Assembly (NCBI GenBank): GCA_036918135.1
Contig: JBALDB010000015.1
Span: 212,806 to 276,805, forward strand
Direction of reading: 5' to 3'
DNA: 64,000 bases
From: Nostoc sp.
GTDB taxonomy: Bacteria; Cyanobacteriota; Cyanobacteriia; Cyanobacteriales; Nostocaceae
Below the pieces are notes generated by a model, which saw only the letters and a list, made by a program, of their open reading frames with translations, was not told the origin of the DNA and searched no databases. Position numbers and translations under genes: made by a program. Shown here piece by piece: positions 19,335 through 31,966 of the stretch. The number at the start of each line of letters is the position of its first letter. The stretch's first letter is position 1.

Positions 19335-21188
19335 ATGGTTCAGCAGCCAATGTCGCTAAAATTATCATCAAATCCTTCACAAGAGTTAGAAAAACCTGAA
19401 AAAATTTATTTGCCACGTACCAGCGAATCAGAGAAGTTAAAAAAGATTCGTCACACTGCTTCCCATGTGATGGCAATGGCAGTACAAAAGCTGTTTCCCA
19501 AGGCGCAAGTTACAATTGGCCCTTGGATTGAAAACGGATTTTATTATGACTTCGATAACCCAGAACCATTTAGCGAAAACGATCTTAAAGCCATCAAAAA
19601 AGAGATGGTAAAGATTATCAATCGTAAATTGCCAGTTATTGAGGAAGAAGTCAATCGGGAAGAAGCCGAACGCCGGATTCAGCAAATTAACGAACCTTAC
19701 AAGCTAGAAATTCTAGCAGACATCAAAGAGGAACCTATCACTATTTACCATTTGGGGAATGAATGGTGGGATTTATGTGCGGGGCCTCATCTGGAAAACA
19801 CTGGTGAATTAAACCCCAAAGCTATTGAATTAGAAAGTGTTGCTGGTGCTTATTGGCGTGGGGATGAAACCAAAGCCCAACTCCAACGCATCTACGCTAC
19901 CGCTTGGGAAAGTCCAGAACAACTTGCTGAGTATAAGCGACGCAAAGAAGAAGCGTTGCGGCGAGATCATAAAAAACTTGGTAAAGAACTGGGATTATTT
20001 GTATTTTCTGATTTAGTAGGGCCGGGTTTACCTTTGTGGACTCCTAAAGGTACTCTGTTGCGAAGTATTTTAGAAGACTTCCTCAAACAGGAGCAATTAA
20101 AACGAGGTTATTTGCCTGTGGTAACGCCTCACATAGCCAGAGTTGATTTATTTAAAACCTCTGGACACTGGCAAAAATATAAAGAAGATATGTTTCCCCT
20201 AATGGCGGAAAATGCAGAAGCAGCCGCAAACGAACAGGGCTTCGTAATGAAGCCGATGAATTGCCCTTTCCACATTCAAATATATAAGAGTGAGTTGCGT
20301 TCCTACCGAGAACTACCGATGCGCTTGGCAGAATTTGGTACTGTTTATCGGTACGAACAATCTGGGGAATTGGGCGGTTTAACGCGGGTACGGGGTTTTA
20401 CTGTAGATGATTCTCACTTGTTCGTCACGCCAGAACAGCTAGATAGCGAATTCCTCAGCGTGGTAGATTTGATTTTGTCGGTATTTAATAAACTACAACT
20501 GAAGAATTTTAAAGCTAGACTTAGTTTCCGCGATCCAACCAGTGATAAGTACATCGGTGACAATGAAGTTTGGGACAAAGCCGAAAGTGCGATTCGCCGT
20601 GCAGTTGAAACCTTAGGGATGCAACATTTTGAGGGAATCGGAGAAGCAGCATTTTACGGGCCTAAACTTGATTTTATTTTTAGTGATGCCTTAGAACGGG
20701 AGTGGCAATTAGGAACCGTACAAGTAGATTACATTTTGCCAGAACGTTTTGATTTAGAGTACGTTGCTGAAGATGGTTCTCGCAAACGTCCAGTAATGAT
20801 TCACCGTGCGCCTTTTGGTTCCCTGGAAAGGCTGATTGGTATTTTAATTGAAGAGTATGCAGGTGATTTTCCCTTGTGGTTAGCACCAGTGCAAGCGAGA
20901 TTACTGCCAGTAGGTGAAGCACAATTAGATTTTACTCAAGGGGTGGCAGCAAAGATGCGAGCATTAGGTATCCGTGCAGAGGTGGATACTAGTGGCGATC
21001 GCTTAGGTAAACTGATTCGCAACGCAGAGAAAGATAAAATACCAGTGATGGCAGTTGTGGGAGCTAAAGAAGTGGAAACCAACACCTTGAGTATCCGTAC
21101 CCGTGCCTCTGGGGAATTGGGAGCTATTTCTGTAGATGAAGTGTTGGATAAAATGAAGAATGCGATCGCTAACTTTGAGAACTTTTAG
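19335..21188 (+). CDS. thrS: Threonine--tRNA ligase
   Basis: RHTASH, DLCAGPH, RDHKKLG, KPMNCP, RYEQSG..GLTRVR, FYGPKLD, IHRA; exact start uncertain (19266-19349). Confidence 0.97.
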   Translation: MVQQPMSLKLSSNPSQELEKPEKIYLPRTSESEKLKKIRHTASHVMAMAVQKLFPKAQVTIGPWIENGFYYDFDNPEPFSENDLKAIKKEMVKIINRKLPVIEEEVNREEAERRIQQINEPYKLEILADIKEEPITIYHLGNEWWDLCAGPHLENTGELNPKAIELESVAGAYWRGDETKAQLQRIYATAWESPEQLAEYKRRKEEALRRDHKKLGKELGLFVFSDLVGPGLPLWTPKGTLLRSILEDFLKQEQLKRGYLPVVTPHIARVDLFKTSGHWQKYKEDMFPLMAENAEAAANEQGFVMKPMNCPFHIQIYKSELRSYRELPMRLAEFGTVYRYEQSGELGGLTRVRGFTVDDSHLFVTPEQLDSEFLSVVDLILSVFNKLQLKNFKARLSFRDPTSDKYIGDNEVWDKAESAIRRAVETLGMQHFEGIGEAAFYGPKLDFIFSDALEREWQLGTVQVDYILPERFDLEYVAEDGSRKRPVMIHRAPFGSLERLIGILIEEYAGDFPLWLAPVQARLLPVGEAQLDFTQGVAAKMRALGIRAEVDTSGDRLGKLIRNAEKDKIPVMAVVGAKEVETNTLSIRTRASGELGAISVDEVLDKMKNAIANFENF

Positions 21189-21371
21189 TAAAAGTAGGGT
21201 GGGCAATGCTTATCCTAGAAAATTATATATATAGCGGTTTGCAATCAACTAAAGTACAAACAACTCGTAGGGTAGTACAGCTAACTGTGCTACCCTACTC
21301 AATTAAAAACCAGATGAGCAAATTAACCCTTTGCGTGGGATGCTGGTTGATTGATTAGGGAGTATTTGCAG

Positions 21372-22283
21372 ATGTCTGTTGTTTCTGATGTCACTGTTAC
21401 CGTTCCCGCCACAACTTCTAATTTGGGGCCTGGTTTTGATTGCATCGGTGCAGCTTTAAAGCTATACAATCAGTTCAAATTCACTCGTGTGGAAGAGGGT
21501 GGCTTAACGATCGCTGTCACAGGTGAAGAAGCTCAACGAGTACAAACCGATCGAAGCAATCTCCTTTACCAAGCGTTTATCAAGTTCTATCAACATCTAG
21601 AGCAGACACCACCAGCAGTGAAAATAGAAATTGAACTGGGTGTACCATTAGCCAGGGGTTTGGGTAGTTCCGCCACTGCAATTGTTGGTGGGTTGGTGGC
21701 GGCGAATCAACTTGAGGGCGCGCCGCTGAGTCAGTCGCAGGTAATGGAGTTAGCGATCGCTATGGAAGGACATCCTGATAATGTAGTTCCAGCTTTGTTG
21801 GGTGGATGTCGTCTAGCTGCTTCTGGTGGTGCAGGTTGGGAAATTTGTGATGTTCCTTGGCATCAAGATATCATTCCAGTTGTAGCTATTCCTGATTTTG
21901 AACTTTCTACTTCCGAAGCGCGGCAGGTTTTGCCAAGCGAAGTCAGCCGTGCAGATGCGATTTTCAATACTGCACACTTGGGTTTATTATTGCGCGGCTT
22001 GGAAACTGGGAAACCAGAATGGTTAAAAACAGCTTTACAAGATAAATTGCATCAGCCATATCGTAAAACTTTAATTCCTAGTTACGATGCTGTGAATCTA
22101 GCTGCTGTAACTGCTGGTGCTTATGGCATGGTAATTAGTGGTGCAGGGCCGACACTATTGGCTTTGACAGATGAGTTACACTCAGAAGCTGTAGAAGCAG
22201 CAATGTCCAACGCTTGGGAGCAAGAAGGAATTACAGCCAAAGTGCGATCGCTTTCTCTAGATATCCAAGGCACAAAAAGTTAG
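21372..22283 (+). CDS. thrB: Homoserine kinase
   Basis: VPATTSNLGPGFD, PLARGLGSS, EGHPDN, DKLHQPYR, ISGAGPT. Confidence 0.96.
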   Translation: MSVVSDVTVTVPATTSNLGPGFDCIGAALKLYNQFKFTRVEEGGLTIAVTGEEAQRVQTDRSNLLYQAFIKFYQHLEQTPPAVKIEIELGVPLARGLGSSATAIVGGLVAANQLEGAPLSQSQVMELAIAMEGHPDNVVPALLGGCRLAASGGAGWEICDVPWHQDIIPVVAIPDFELSTSEARQVLPSEVSRADAIFNTAHLGLLLRGLETGKPEWLKTALQDKLHQPYRKTLIPSYDAVNLAAVTAGAYGMVISGAGPTLLALTDELHSEAVEAAMSNAWEQEGITAKVRSLSLDIQGTKS

Positions 22284-22429
22284 AAGATGGGGTATTGGGA
22301 GTGCTGTTAGCGGAAGCGGGGCGTTTAGCCCGTGTTGAGTGTTAAGTGAGGAGTTATTATTCTCTCCTCTGCCCCTGCTATTGCGCTCCCCATCTTTTCC
22401 AGTACCCACTCCCTACTAAGACTCAATTT

Positions 22430-22936
22430 ATGGATCGAATTCAAGTTGAAATAGCTGCGCTTAAGTCTCAAATTCAGATTCTCCAACAAGAACGCGCTGC
22501 ACTCACTATTAATAATATTATCGACGAGAATGATTCACCTCTGGCAATCGTTGAGGCTTACCGTAGCCAAGCTAGAGAAAATCCCCAATTATCTGCTGAA
22601 CTCAAGGGCATAGATGATGCAGTTGCAGCACTGGAATTGCAAATACAGCAAAGACAAGCTCAATTAGCCCGTTGGGAAATTGAATCAAAACAACTTACCC
22701 AACAGCAGCAGCTAGAAGAAGCCAAAAAAGTAGCTCAAGTTCATGCTCAACGCATTAATCAGCTTGCAGCAGAACTAGCTACAGAAATCAGGCTACTCAA
22801 AGCTTGCGCCGATCGACTTAGTCCGATGTATTGGCAAGTTTATTACAAACCTTTCATTACTGGGTTCAAGACAATCTCTGTTCCTTACGTCCGCTCAGAT
22901 GGTGAAGTCTGGACAATTGTCAACCGAATTGTTTGA
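22430..22936 (+). CDS. Hypothetical coiled-coil protein
   Basis: Gln/Ala/Leu-rich heptads; start taken at MDRIQ because the upstream extension runs through repeats. Confidence 0.65.
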   Translation: MDRIQVEIAALKSQIQILQQERAALTINNIIDENDSPLAIVEAYRSQARENPQLSAELKGIDDAVAALELQIQQRQAQLARWEIESKQLTQQQQLEEAKKVAQVHAQRINQLAAELATEIRLLKACADRLSPMYWQVYYKPFITGFKTISVPYVRSDGEVWTIVNRIV

Positions 22937-22985
22937 AATCTGAGTAAACACTCATCATCCCAAAATTAGAATAAACCCTAACTTA

Positions 22986-23011
22986 AGACGGTGGCATTAG
23001 CCGCCGTTTTC
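22986..23011 (+). terminator. Probable intrinsic terminator
   Basis: gacggtggc-atta-gccgccgtt followed by ttct. Confidence 0.5.
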
Positions 23012-23181
23012 TGTTGACGTAGCAAAACTTTACATTTAGAATTGTCTAGAGTAGCTATAGATAAGTATTTATTACTATCTAAAACGAAAATTTCATCTTT
23101 TTGAGGGCGATGGCGTTTACAAAAGTACAAATTCCTTAATATAATGTAATTTAAATTGAAAAGTTAAATTGATTTTCAGAA

Positions 23182-24798
23182 GTGATGAATACTATGGAAT
23201 TTCCTTGGCTAACAGCCATAATTATTTTGCCGTTGGTGGCTACCTTAGCCATCCCATTAATCCCAGATAAAGAGGGAAAAACTGTTCGTTGGTACGCTTT
23301 AGGAATTGCTTTTGCCGATTTTGCATTGATGATTTATACCTTTTGGTATAAATACGACTTTCAAAGTTCAACACTCCAACTGATAGAAAACTATCCTTGG
23401 GTACCGCAGTTGAGTTTACATTGGGCTGTGGGGGTTGATGGTTTATCGATGCCACTGGTACTTCTAACAGGCTTAATAAATACCCTCGCAATCTTCGCGG
23501 CTTGGAAAGTTACCAACAAGCCGCGATTATTTTATGGTTTGATGCTAGCGATGTACAGCGCCCAGCTTGGCGTGTTTGTTGCTCAAGATTTGCTGTTGTT
23601 CTTCCTAATGTGGGAAATCGAATTAGTACCGGTTTACCTGCTAATTTCCATTTGGGGAGGACAAAACCGCCGCTATGCAGCTACCAAGTTCATTCTTTAC
23701 ACTGCTGCTGCCTCAATATTTATCTTGGTAGCGGGTTTTGCAATGGCATTTTCAGGAGATACCGTCAGCTTCGATATGGCGACTCTGGGAATGAAAGAAT
23801 ATCCCAAAGCTTTTGAACTATTAGTTTACGCAGGTTTCTTAATTGCCTTCGGTGTAAAACTGCCGATTTTCCCTTTACACACTTGGCTACCTGATGCTCA
23901 TGGTGAAGCATCAGCACCTGGTTCGATGATTTTAGCTGGTGTGTTGTTAAAAATGGGTGGTTATGCTCTTATTCGCTTCAACGTTGAGATGCTGCCTGAT
24001 GCCCATGTTTACTTTGCTCCAGTGCTAGCGATTTTGGGTGTAGTGAACATTGTTTATGGTGCTTGCTGTGCCTTTGCTCAAACTAATCTCAAACGTCGCT
24101 TGGCTTATTCTTCAATTGCCCACATGGGGTTTGTGCTGATTGGAATCGCCTCCTATACAGAAATTGGTATCAGCGGTGCAGTACTACAAATGGTTTCCCA
24201 CGGTTTGATTGCTGCTAGCTTGTTCTTCTTATCTGGTGTGACTTACGATCGCACCCACACCTTGATGATGGACAAAATGGGTGGAATCGCGAAGGTAATG
24301 CCCAAAACTTTTGCTCTGTTTACCGTTGGTTCAATGGCTTCTCTCGCCTTACCAGGAATGAGTGGTTTTGTAGGTGAGTTGATGGTATTTCTAGGTATCG
24401 CCACTAGTGATGTTTACAGTTCTAGCTTCAAAGTTGTAGTGGTGCTGCTATCAGCAGTTGGCGTGATTTTGACACCGATTTACTTACTATCAATGCTGCG
24501 TCAAGTGTTCTACGGTAAGCAAAATCATGAGTTGCACTTGGATGCTGTAATATCTGATGTCAAACCTCGCGAACTGTTTATTACTGCTTCTCTGCTGCTA
24601 CCAATCATTGGTATCGGGTTTTATCCCAAGTTGGTAACGCAGACTTATGATGTCAAGGCAGTCGAATTAGCTACCCATGCTCGCCAAGTTCTACCAGTTG
24701 TTGCTCATCAGCAACCGTCAAGTCTGTACTCGCGTATTCTTACAGCACCAACCTTGGCTAGTTCTGAAGTGGAAAATTTAATTAATATTTCAAAGTAA
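23182..24798 (+). CDS. ndhD: NAD(P)H-quinone oxidoreductase subunit 4 (NdhD1/D2 type)
   Basis: [52 protein letters not shown]. Confidence 0.95.
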   Translation: MMNTMEFPWLTAIIILPLVATLAIPLIPDKEGKTVRWYALGIAFADFALMIYTFWYKYDFQSSTLQLIENYPWVPQLSLHWAVGVDGLSMPLVLLTGLINTLAIFAAWKVTNKPRLFYGLMLAMYSAQLGVFVAQDLLLFFLMWEIELVPVYLLISIWGGQNRRYAATKFILYTAAASIFILVAGFAMAFSGDTVSFDMATLGMKEYPKAFELLVYAGFLIAFGVKLPIFPLHTWLPDAHGEASAPGSMILAGVLLKMGGYALIRFNVEMLPDAHVYFAPVLAILGVVNIVYGACCAFAQTNLKRRLAYSSIAHMGFVLIGIASYTEIGISGAVLQMVSHGLIAASLFFLSGVTYDRTHTLMMDKMGGIAKVMPKTFALFTVGSMASLALPGMSGFVGELMVFLGIATSDVYSSSFKVVVVLLSAVGVILTPIYLLSMLRQVFYGKQNHELHLDAVISDVKPRELFITASLLLPIIGIGFYPKLVTQTYDVKAVELATHARQVLPVVAHQQPSSLYSRILTAPTLASSEVENLINISK

Positions 24799-24897
24799 AA
24801 TATACATCCTACGAAGGGTGCTGAAATTAAATTTTAATATGAGGGGAATAAAGGGGTGGTTTGATAGCCACTCCTAAAATTTGTTCATAGAGAATTG

Positions 24898-27800
24898 CTA
24901 TGAGATGACTGGAAGCTCAATGATAAATTCCGATCCTTCACCAAGAATAGAATTACAAATCAATCGCCCACCGTGAGTTTCCTCGATAATTTGACGAGCG
25001 ATCGCTAATCCTAATCCTGTTCCTTTGCCAACTTCTTTAGTTGTAAACAGATGGTCAAAGATTCTTGCTTTAATCTCCTCTGGTATTCCGGGGCCGTTAT
25101 CTTTGATGCGAATTATTACTCTACTTTGGTCGCTGGATACTTCGGTACAAATTAATATTTGTTGATGATTTTTTGTGATTTGAGCAAAAGAAAGCGTTTC
25201 ACTATATGAATCTAAGGCATCAATTGCATTCGCCAAAATATTCATAAATACTTGATTTAGCTGTCCTAAAAAACACTTAACAAGTGGTAATTTACCGTAC
25301 TCTGTGATGATTTCAATTGCTGGACGTTTTTCGTTAGCTTTTAGGCGATACTTCAAAATCAACAGTGTACTCTCAATCCCTTCATGAAGATTACAAGCAA
25401 CTTTTTCAGATGTATCGGCTCTAGAAAAAGTGCGGAGGCTGGTGCTAATGTCTTGAATCCGCTCAGAAGCGACTTTCATTGAGCTTACGAGCTTGGGTAA
25501 GTCCTCAGCCAGAAATTCTAAGTCAATATCTTCTCCATGCTCAATGACTACTGGCGCTGCGGTGGGATGATGTTGTTGGTAGCATTGGATATGGGCAAGT
25601 AAGTCTTGGATATACTCTTGGGCATTGCTGAGACTGCCTTTGAGAAATCCCACAGGATTATTAATTTCATGAGCCACACCTGCAACCAAGTTTCCTAAAG
25701 TTGCCATTTTTTCATTTTGCACGATTTGTAATTGGGCTTGCTTGAGTTCTTGTAGCGTCACCTCCAACTCGTGGGATTTCTCAAGGATTGCAGCTTCTGC
25801 TTGTTTGCGTTCGCTTATATCTCGCACAATTGCTAATGCATGAGGCTTACCGTTGTACATACACTTGGTAGCTCTAACCTCAAAGTCAAACAAAGTTCCA
25901 TCTCTACGTACACAAATACCTTGACAAAAGAATTGCCGATCTGATTTTACAACTTCCAGATGATCTGCAAATAAATGCAGCGAGTCTGGGTGAATGAAAT
26001 CGGCTGGAGTTAGACTGAGAAAATCTTCGTAGGAAGTACAGCCATGCATCTGCCATAATGTTGTGTTTGCTGCGACAATTGTGCCAGTCTCAAAATCAGA
26101 AATAGATATCCCATCACTGACAGCTTCAAAGATGCTGCGATATTGTTCTTCTTTTTGAGCAATCAGTCTAGATTTTTCCTGTTCGCTGGCATAAAGATGA
26201 GCATTTGTTAAGGAAATCGCTGCTTGGTTACAAAGTAAATTTAACACTTGCTGGCGATCGCTTGTAAATGCTCCAATTGTCAACTGATTTTCTAGATACA
26301 ATAATCCGATTAATTGGTCTTGATGCAAAATTGGTCTACACAAGACACTTTTAGGTTGTTTTTGTATTAAATATTCGTCGAAACTAAAATCGTTTGCGGC
26401 TGTTGCATCATCTAGCACAATAGTTTTTAAACTGTGTTTGATATAGTTTACCAATGCGATGGGAATGGTGTCACTGCTTGACAATGGTAGAGATATGAGC
26501 TTAACTCCTTCATTAACAGTGGCTACGGCCTCAACTATTAAGTTATCCTGTTGAAGTACAAGTAAAGCAGCTTTTTTTGCTCCTGCATTTTCAATCACTA
26601 CTTGCAATAAGGTAGCGAACAATTGCTCTAATTTAATTTCACTGGAGAGAGCTTGTAAAGCTTTAAAAATAGTAGTAAAATCTAGTGTTTCGGAAATGCT
26701 ATTGCTAGAAAGATTTGTTTGGATAGTTTGATGTTTGAATGAAGATTTATCAAGATTTGAGCTTTGTTCAACGCGATGATGTTGCGCTTGTAAGATTGGG
26801 GCAAGAAGTTGGGGGTAGCGTTTTTCTAGGTCGTCAGTTTTGGCTTCGGCACCCCAACGGGCATAACAGTAATAAGCTTCTTGCATATAAGCTTGGGCGA
26901 TTTTTTCTTTGCCCCAATCTAAGTAGAACTTGGCTGCTAACTCATTGCTTAAGGCTGCTTCTTGAATGTATTCGTTTTCTTTAGCAAGAGAAATAGCGCG
27001 ATCGTATAGTTCTATTGCTGCCATTTTTTCTCCCAAAACCCGATGGCGTTCTGCCTCCACCAAATCGTATTTATGCTGGAAATTCATTGGGGCAAATTTA
27101 GCTCTAAGCAGCAATTTTTCCTGGTTGTCATTAACCTTCAAAAGTAATTGCTTTTGTTCAGAAGACTCAGTTGTGGGATAGACAGCAAGCCGCGACAAAG
27201 AATCGTAGTAGTTGAAGACTGGTACAGATACCATTCCAGCAGCACCGTTGAGATATTGCTCTCCTTGGTTTGCATTTTCAACTGCTGCAATAAAATTCTC
27301 AAACAGATAACTCAGTGTTAACTTACTGAGGAAAAGTATATGGAGTGTTAATTGGTCGTTTTGTTCGATTAGCGCCGATAAGAGTTGTTCTGATTGACAA
27401 TATTCACCAATAATAAATTCTGGATGCTCGCTATATTTAGTTAAATTTTGAATGCTTTGACAGAGAATACTAGACCAATTCAATAACCGCTGATTTTTAG
27501 CAAAATGTAACTCGTAGTTCTTAATATCTACTAGCAAGATTTCCAAAACTTCTGTGCCAGTTAAATACACATAAAATAACTGGAAAATCATAGATGCAAG
27601 CACGTGAAAAAAATCACCTGTCTCTAATCCAATAGTATGGGATTCCTGTAATAATCTAATTGAGTCGCGAACGTGTTGTTTATTAAATTGATTTAATGCA
27701 GCAACCTTGAATATAGTCATACTTTGCACAGATTTTGCTTGAAATCTGTCCACAAGCATTAAAGCTAGTTTGCCAAATTCGTAACCTAGCTCTAGTTGAT

Positions 27801-30726
27801 TACAAGTATTAAGTACAATTCCAAAATCTGCATACCCTGGTGCAGAGAGTGGCGCATTGCCGTATTTCAGGGATAAATTCACCTCTTGGCAAGCAAAAAT
27901 TGGTAATAGATAAGAGGAAGTTTGGTGGATAGCCGGAGCAATACTAGCCATAATCCGCAATGCAAGCAAAGCTTTGGTATCATCCATCAATGGCAAATCT
28001 ACTAAGCCCTCAACACTTCTGCCTGCCAAGGTGGACAGCGTGTTGATTACATATTGCTGAATGTCTCGTGGTGTTACTGATTCAGGTAATGTCACCCCAA
28101 GTTGAGCAAGAAGTTCGCGTCCAGTTGCGATCGCCTGCAATGGTTGACCTTGAACTTGATAAGCTTGGAGTTTGACTTCATAAACTTTTACTTTATCAAG
28201 AAAAGTGGTTGTTAGTTGAAGTACAACCTCAATCAAAGATTCCATCTGCTGAAATTCATTGTTGAGAAAGGCTGCTTCTGCGACTTCTTCATATAAATTG
28301 AGAGTCAATTTGTAGGCAACTTCCCAACTATTAATTGCTAAAAGTTGAATTCCGCAATTTAGGTAATGAATTGCTGTACCATAAGCAGTAGCTTCTTTCG
28401 CTTTTCGACCAGCATTCAGATTTAATTGAGCTAATTGTTGGCGTTCATTTGGCTCGGTGATTAGCGCTATTCCCCAATTCAACTGACTGACAATCTCAAA
28501 AATTCGCTCCTCTTGCTGAAGCTGTGGCGTATTTTCTAAGAGTAATTGACCAATTTGCAGATGGGTAAACTGTTTCTGCTCATCTGGAATCAGCGAATAG
28601 GCTGCTTGCTGCACGCGGTCATGTAAAAATTTATAAGTAACTGTCATTTGTTCTTGGTCATTGACTGTTTGTTTTTCAGCCTCTACAAATGACAAACAAT
28701 TATTAACAAATAATTCCTGTTGATAAAACTTATAAACTTCACTAGTCGGTAAAATTAAACCTTCCTGTAAGGCTTTCCACAAAGATGCTGCTGTATCGGC
28801 TGCTGATTGTTGAGAAACAATTGCTAATGTGAGCAAATCAAAAGAGTTACCAATACACGCAGCTAATTTCAACACATTCTGTGTTGCTGCTGGCAATTTC
28901 TGTAACTGTAGCGCTACGAACTCTACCACATCATCAGTTAGGGCAAGCGCTTTCACAGCGGCGATATCACATTGCCAATACCGTTGGTCAAAATTAAAAG
29001 TAATCAGTTTATCTTCATACAATGCTTTGAGAAATTGGGTTGCAAAAAATGGATTTCCCTGAGTTTTTTGATAGATAAGTTCTGTTAATGGTTGAGCAAT
29101 TTTACTCGAACAATTAAGAGTATCGCCCACCAAGAGATTTAAGCTGGCTTTAGAAAGGGGAGCTAAAGTAATGTTGTGAATCTTGGCATTAGTCTTATAA
29201 ATATCTGCTAAAGTCAACATCAAGGGATGCGTAGTAGAAACTTCGCGATCGCGATAAGCTCCAATTAACAGTAAATATCCACTCCCTGACTGCATCAACA
29301 ACTGAATTAATTTCAGTGATGCCGAATCAGCCCACTGCAAATCATCAAGGAAAATTACTAATGGATGTTCTTTTATGGTGAATACTTGAATGAAGTTTTG
29401 GAAGAGTAAATTAAAGCGATTCTGAGCTGCACTTGGTGTTAGTTCTGTTGCAGGTGGTTGTTCGCCAATAATTTGTTCTAGTTCTGGAATTACCTCAAGA
29501 ATCACTTGCCCATTTTCGCCTAATGCTTGTAAAATTTTATTTTTCCAAGTTGACAATTGAGCATCACTTTCAGTCAGCAATTGCCGCATCAAATCTCGAA
29601 ACGCTTGTACAAAGGCAGAAAAAGGGATGTTACGATTAAATTGATCGAATTTGCCTTTAATGAAGTAAGCTCTTTGGCGGACAATAGGTTTATAAATTTC
29701 ATTGACTACAGCTGTTTTACCAATACCAGAAAAACCAGCTATCAGCATTAATTGTGTCTGATTATTGGTAACGTACTCAAAGGCTTTTAGCAGAGTTTCA
29801 ATTTCATCCTCACGACCGTAGAGTTTTTCCGGAATAATAAAGCGATCGTACACATCGCGTTGTGCTATCCTAAAATCTTTAATTTCACCAGTTTCTTCCA
29901 ATTGAGCCAAACAATTCTCTAAATCAAACTTCAGCCCTAAAGCACTTTGATAGCGGTCTTCGGCATTTTTTGCCATCAATTTCATCACAATATCTGACAG
30001 AACTTGCGGAATCTGTTCGCTTTTAATTTCTTTTGGATGTTTGGCAATATGACAATGTACCAATTCCAGCGGCTCGTTCGATTGAAATGGTAATTGCCCA
30101 GTTAGTAATTCGTAAAAAGTTACACCTAAAGAGTAAAAATCAGTGCGGTAGTCAATCCCACGATTCATGCGTCCAGTTTGCTCTGGGGAAATATAAGCAA
30201 GTGTTCCTTCTAATACATTGGGACTGATTAAGGTTTGAGTTTCTCGTGGTAGTAAAGATGCAATACTAAAGTCAATTAATTTAACTTGTTTAGTTTCTGG
30301 ATTAATTAAAATATTTGCAGGTTTGATGTCTTTGTGAATAATCCGATGATGATAAAGTATATCCAATATATTGCACAAAGAAATAGCTACTGGTAAAAAA
30401 TTATTTAGGGATAGTACTATTCCTTGTTTAAGAGTCCATTTTGATAGAGAAATTCCTCCAAATTCCATGACTAATGCATAACCATTTTGATATGGTTCTA
30501 GGCTGTAGGTTTGGATAATTTCTGGAGTGTTAAGATTTTTAGAAATGGTGTATTGATTGCGAAACGACAAGAGTTCACTAAAACTAGGATAAGGATTCTT
30601 CAGCAGCTTAATCGCTACGGATTTGCGATCGCTATCTCGAATTGCACGATAAACCAAGGTTCTTGAACCGTTATAGAGTTCTTCACTAATTTGATACCCT
30701 GGAATATTGATTTGGGTAATTGCCAT
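24898..30726 (-). CDS. Hybrid Ser/Thr kinase-AAA ATPase-GAF-PAS-histidine kinase (HstK/Pkn type)
   Basis: [14 protein letters not shown] kinase, P-loop [19 protein letters not shown] (YLEN), PAS, H-box AHEINNP, GTGLGL. Confidence 0.93.
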   Translation of the reverse strand: MAITQINIPGYQISEELYNGSRTLVYRAIRDSDRKSVAIKLLKNPYPSFSELLSFRNQYTISKNLNTPEIIQTYSLEPYQNGYALVMEFGGISLSKWTLKQGIVLSLNNFLPVAISLCNILDILYHHRIIHKDIKPANILINPETKQVKLIDFSIASLLPRETQTLISPNVLEGTLAYISPEQTGRMNRGIDYRTDFYSLGVTFYELLTGQLPFQSNEPLELVHCHIAKHPKEIKSEQIPQVLSDIVMKLMAKNAEDRYQSALGLKFDLENCLAQLEETGEIKDFRIAQRDVYDRFIIPEKLYGREDEIETLLKAFEYVTNNQTQLMLIAGFSGIGKTAVVNEIYKPIVRQRAYFIKGKFDQFNRNIPFSAFVQAFRDLMRQLLTESDAQLSTWKNKILQALGENGQVILEVIPELEQIIGEQPPATELTPSAAQNRFNLLFQNFIQVFTIKEHPLVIFLDDLQWADSASLKLIQLLMQSGSGYLLLIGAYRDREVSTTHPLMLTLADIYKTNAKIHNITLAPLSKASLNLLVGDTLNCSSKIAQPLTELIYQKTQGNPFFATQFLKALYEDKLITFNFDQRYWQCDIAAVKALALTDDVVEFVALQLQKLPAATQNVLKLAACIGNSFDLLTLAIVSQQSAADTAASLWKALQEGLILPTSEVYKFYQQELFVNNCLSFVEAEKQTVNDQEQMTVTYKFLHDRVQQAAYSLIPDEQKQFTHLQIGQLLLENTPQLQQEERIFEIVSQLNWGIALITEPNERQQLAQLNLNAGRKAKEATAYGTAIHYLNCGIQLLAINSWEVAYKLTLNLYEEVAEAAFLNNEFQQMESLIEVVLQLTTTFLDKVKVYEVKLQAYQVQGQPLQAIATGRELLAQLGVTLPESVTPRDIQQYVINTLSTLAGRSVEGLVDLPLMDDTKALLALRIMASIAPAIHQTSSYLLPIFACQEVNLSLKYGNAPLSAPGYADFGIVLNTCNQLELGYEFGKLALMLVDRFQAKSVQSMTIFKVAALNQFNKQHVRDSIRLLQESHTIGLETGDFFHVLASMIFQLFYVYLTGTEVLEILLVDIKNYELHFAKNQRLLNWSSILCQSIQNLTKYSEHPEFIIGEYCQSEQLLSALIEQNDQLTLHILFLSKLTLSYLFENFIAAVENANQGEQYLNGAAGMVSVPVFNYYDSLSRLAVYPTTESSEQKQLLLKVNDNQEKLLLRAKFAPMNFQHKYDLVEAERHRVLGEKMAAIELYDRAISLAKENEYIQEAALSNELAAKFYLDWGKEKIAQAYMQEAYYCYARWGAEAKTDDLEKRYPQLLAPILQAQHHRVEQSSNLDKSSFKHQTIQTNLSSNSISETLDFTTIFKALQALSSEIKLEQLFATLLQVVIENAGAKKAALLVLQQDNLIVEAVATVNEGVKLISLPLSSSDTIPIALVNYIKHSLKTIVLDDATAANDFSFDEYLIQKQPKSVLCRPILHQDQLIGLLYLENQLTIGAFTSDRQQVLNLLCNQAAISLTNAHLYASEQEKSRLIAQKEEQYRSIFEAVSDGISISDFETGTIVAANTTLWQMHGCTSYEDFLSLTPADFIHPDSLHLFADHLEVVKSDRQFFCQGICVRRDGTLFDFEVRATKCMYNGKPHALAIVRDISERKQAEAAILEKSHELEVTLQELKQAQLQIVQNEKMATLGNLVAGVAHEINNPVGFLKGSLSNAQEYIQDLLAHIQCYQQHHPTAAPVVIEHGEDIDLEFLAEDLPKLVSSMKVASERIQDISTSLRTFSRADTSEKVACNLHEGIESTLLILKYRLKANEKRPAIEIITEYGKLPLVKCFLGQLNQVFMNILANAIDALDSYSETLSFAQITKNHQQILICTEVSSDQSRVIIRIKDNGPGIPEEIKARIFDHLFTTKEVGKGTGLGLAIARQIIEETHGGRLICNSILGEGSEFIIELPVIS

Positions 30727-31966
30727 ATTGTTAAATTCTAACCTTGACAATTTATTATTCCCAAATGACCAAGATTCTCGCCTTTTCTTCTTAAATCAGC
30801 AAATAGCGAACAGTTATCAGATCTATGATGTGGTATTACGATGCATCAATGTTTACCACCAACTTTTTTGGCATACTTTGAGTGAAGAGACAAAACTGAT
30901 AATTGTTAACAAACTCATTGTGTACTTTCACGGAGAATCAAATTTAGTTTGGAGATTACTATCTTTTTTGGGGAATAAAATCTCGGTAATTACAGAGAAA
31001 AATTACACCAACTCATCTTTAAGAAACATAAGACTATTTATGTATAGTAATTAAAAAAACTGAATATCTATGAATTTAGTAATTTTACTGAAGCCAGTCA
31101 TTGTTTTTCCTTCATAAATTTAATTATTGATTCCTCTACCGTAGTTTTCCGGTTGATTCATATTCAACTGAACTGGTAACAAAAAATTAATGGAGAATTC
31201 TTTGACAATCGTGTATAGGTACTGTTTGATCGGGAAAGCTGACTGTCTTTCTCCATCAATGACACTGTCGTTCCCTAGATGAAAGAATTTGTAAAAAATA
31301 ATTCAGAAATTTAAAGTTTTTTTTATTACTAATTCTTAATTAGGGTATTTACTTAGGAAAGTATTTGTGATATTTTCATGTTGACATCATAACTTTAAAA
31401 ACACCAGACTAAGTTTAGTAAACACATTTAGATGTATTGATTTGATGATGAGTATCAATTTTGCATACTTGCAAGAGAAAATTTTGAATAAAACTTTGTA
31501 TAAATTATGTAACATTAACCAAGTAACAAACTGTGCTTAATTTATTCAAACTATCGTGAGAATTTTCCCATACAGAACAGCTAAATCATTGAATTGATGA
31601 AACTCCAAGACTCCAACTTTATACTTTGCAGAAAATTGAGCAGTCATACCAATCTTGATTTTCCAGCTATTGTGACTTCAAAGTTGAAGAATTATTACAA
31701 ACTCTCTTTGTTTTGAATAATCTAACAGCAGTAACCGTGTGAGCTAAATATAGGTTTCTAATTAGTAAACTTGTTATCTGTGGTATGACGTATTTATACA
31801 CACTCAATCCCCAGTCGGAAAGTTAGGAGTTAGAAGTGAGCCAGCTTAGTTTTAAAGGTTTTCTTGATGAGGGAATGGCAAACCCCAAAAGAGTTAAGAA
31901 CTGTATTAATTCTTCATCGCTAACTCGTAACTTGACGACTCCCTTTTACCTTCAGACTTATTTGAC

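Noticed and set aside
30707..31054. 115-aa ORF upstream of the hybrid kinase
   Set aside because: TTG start, AT-rich, overlaps the kinase start, no motif
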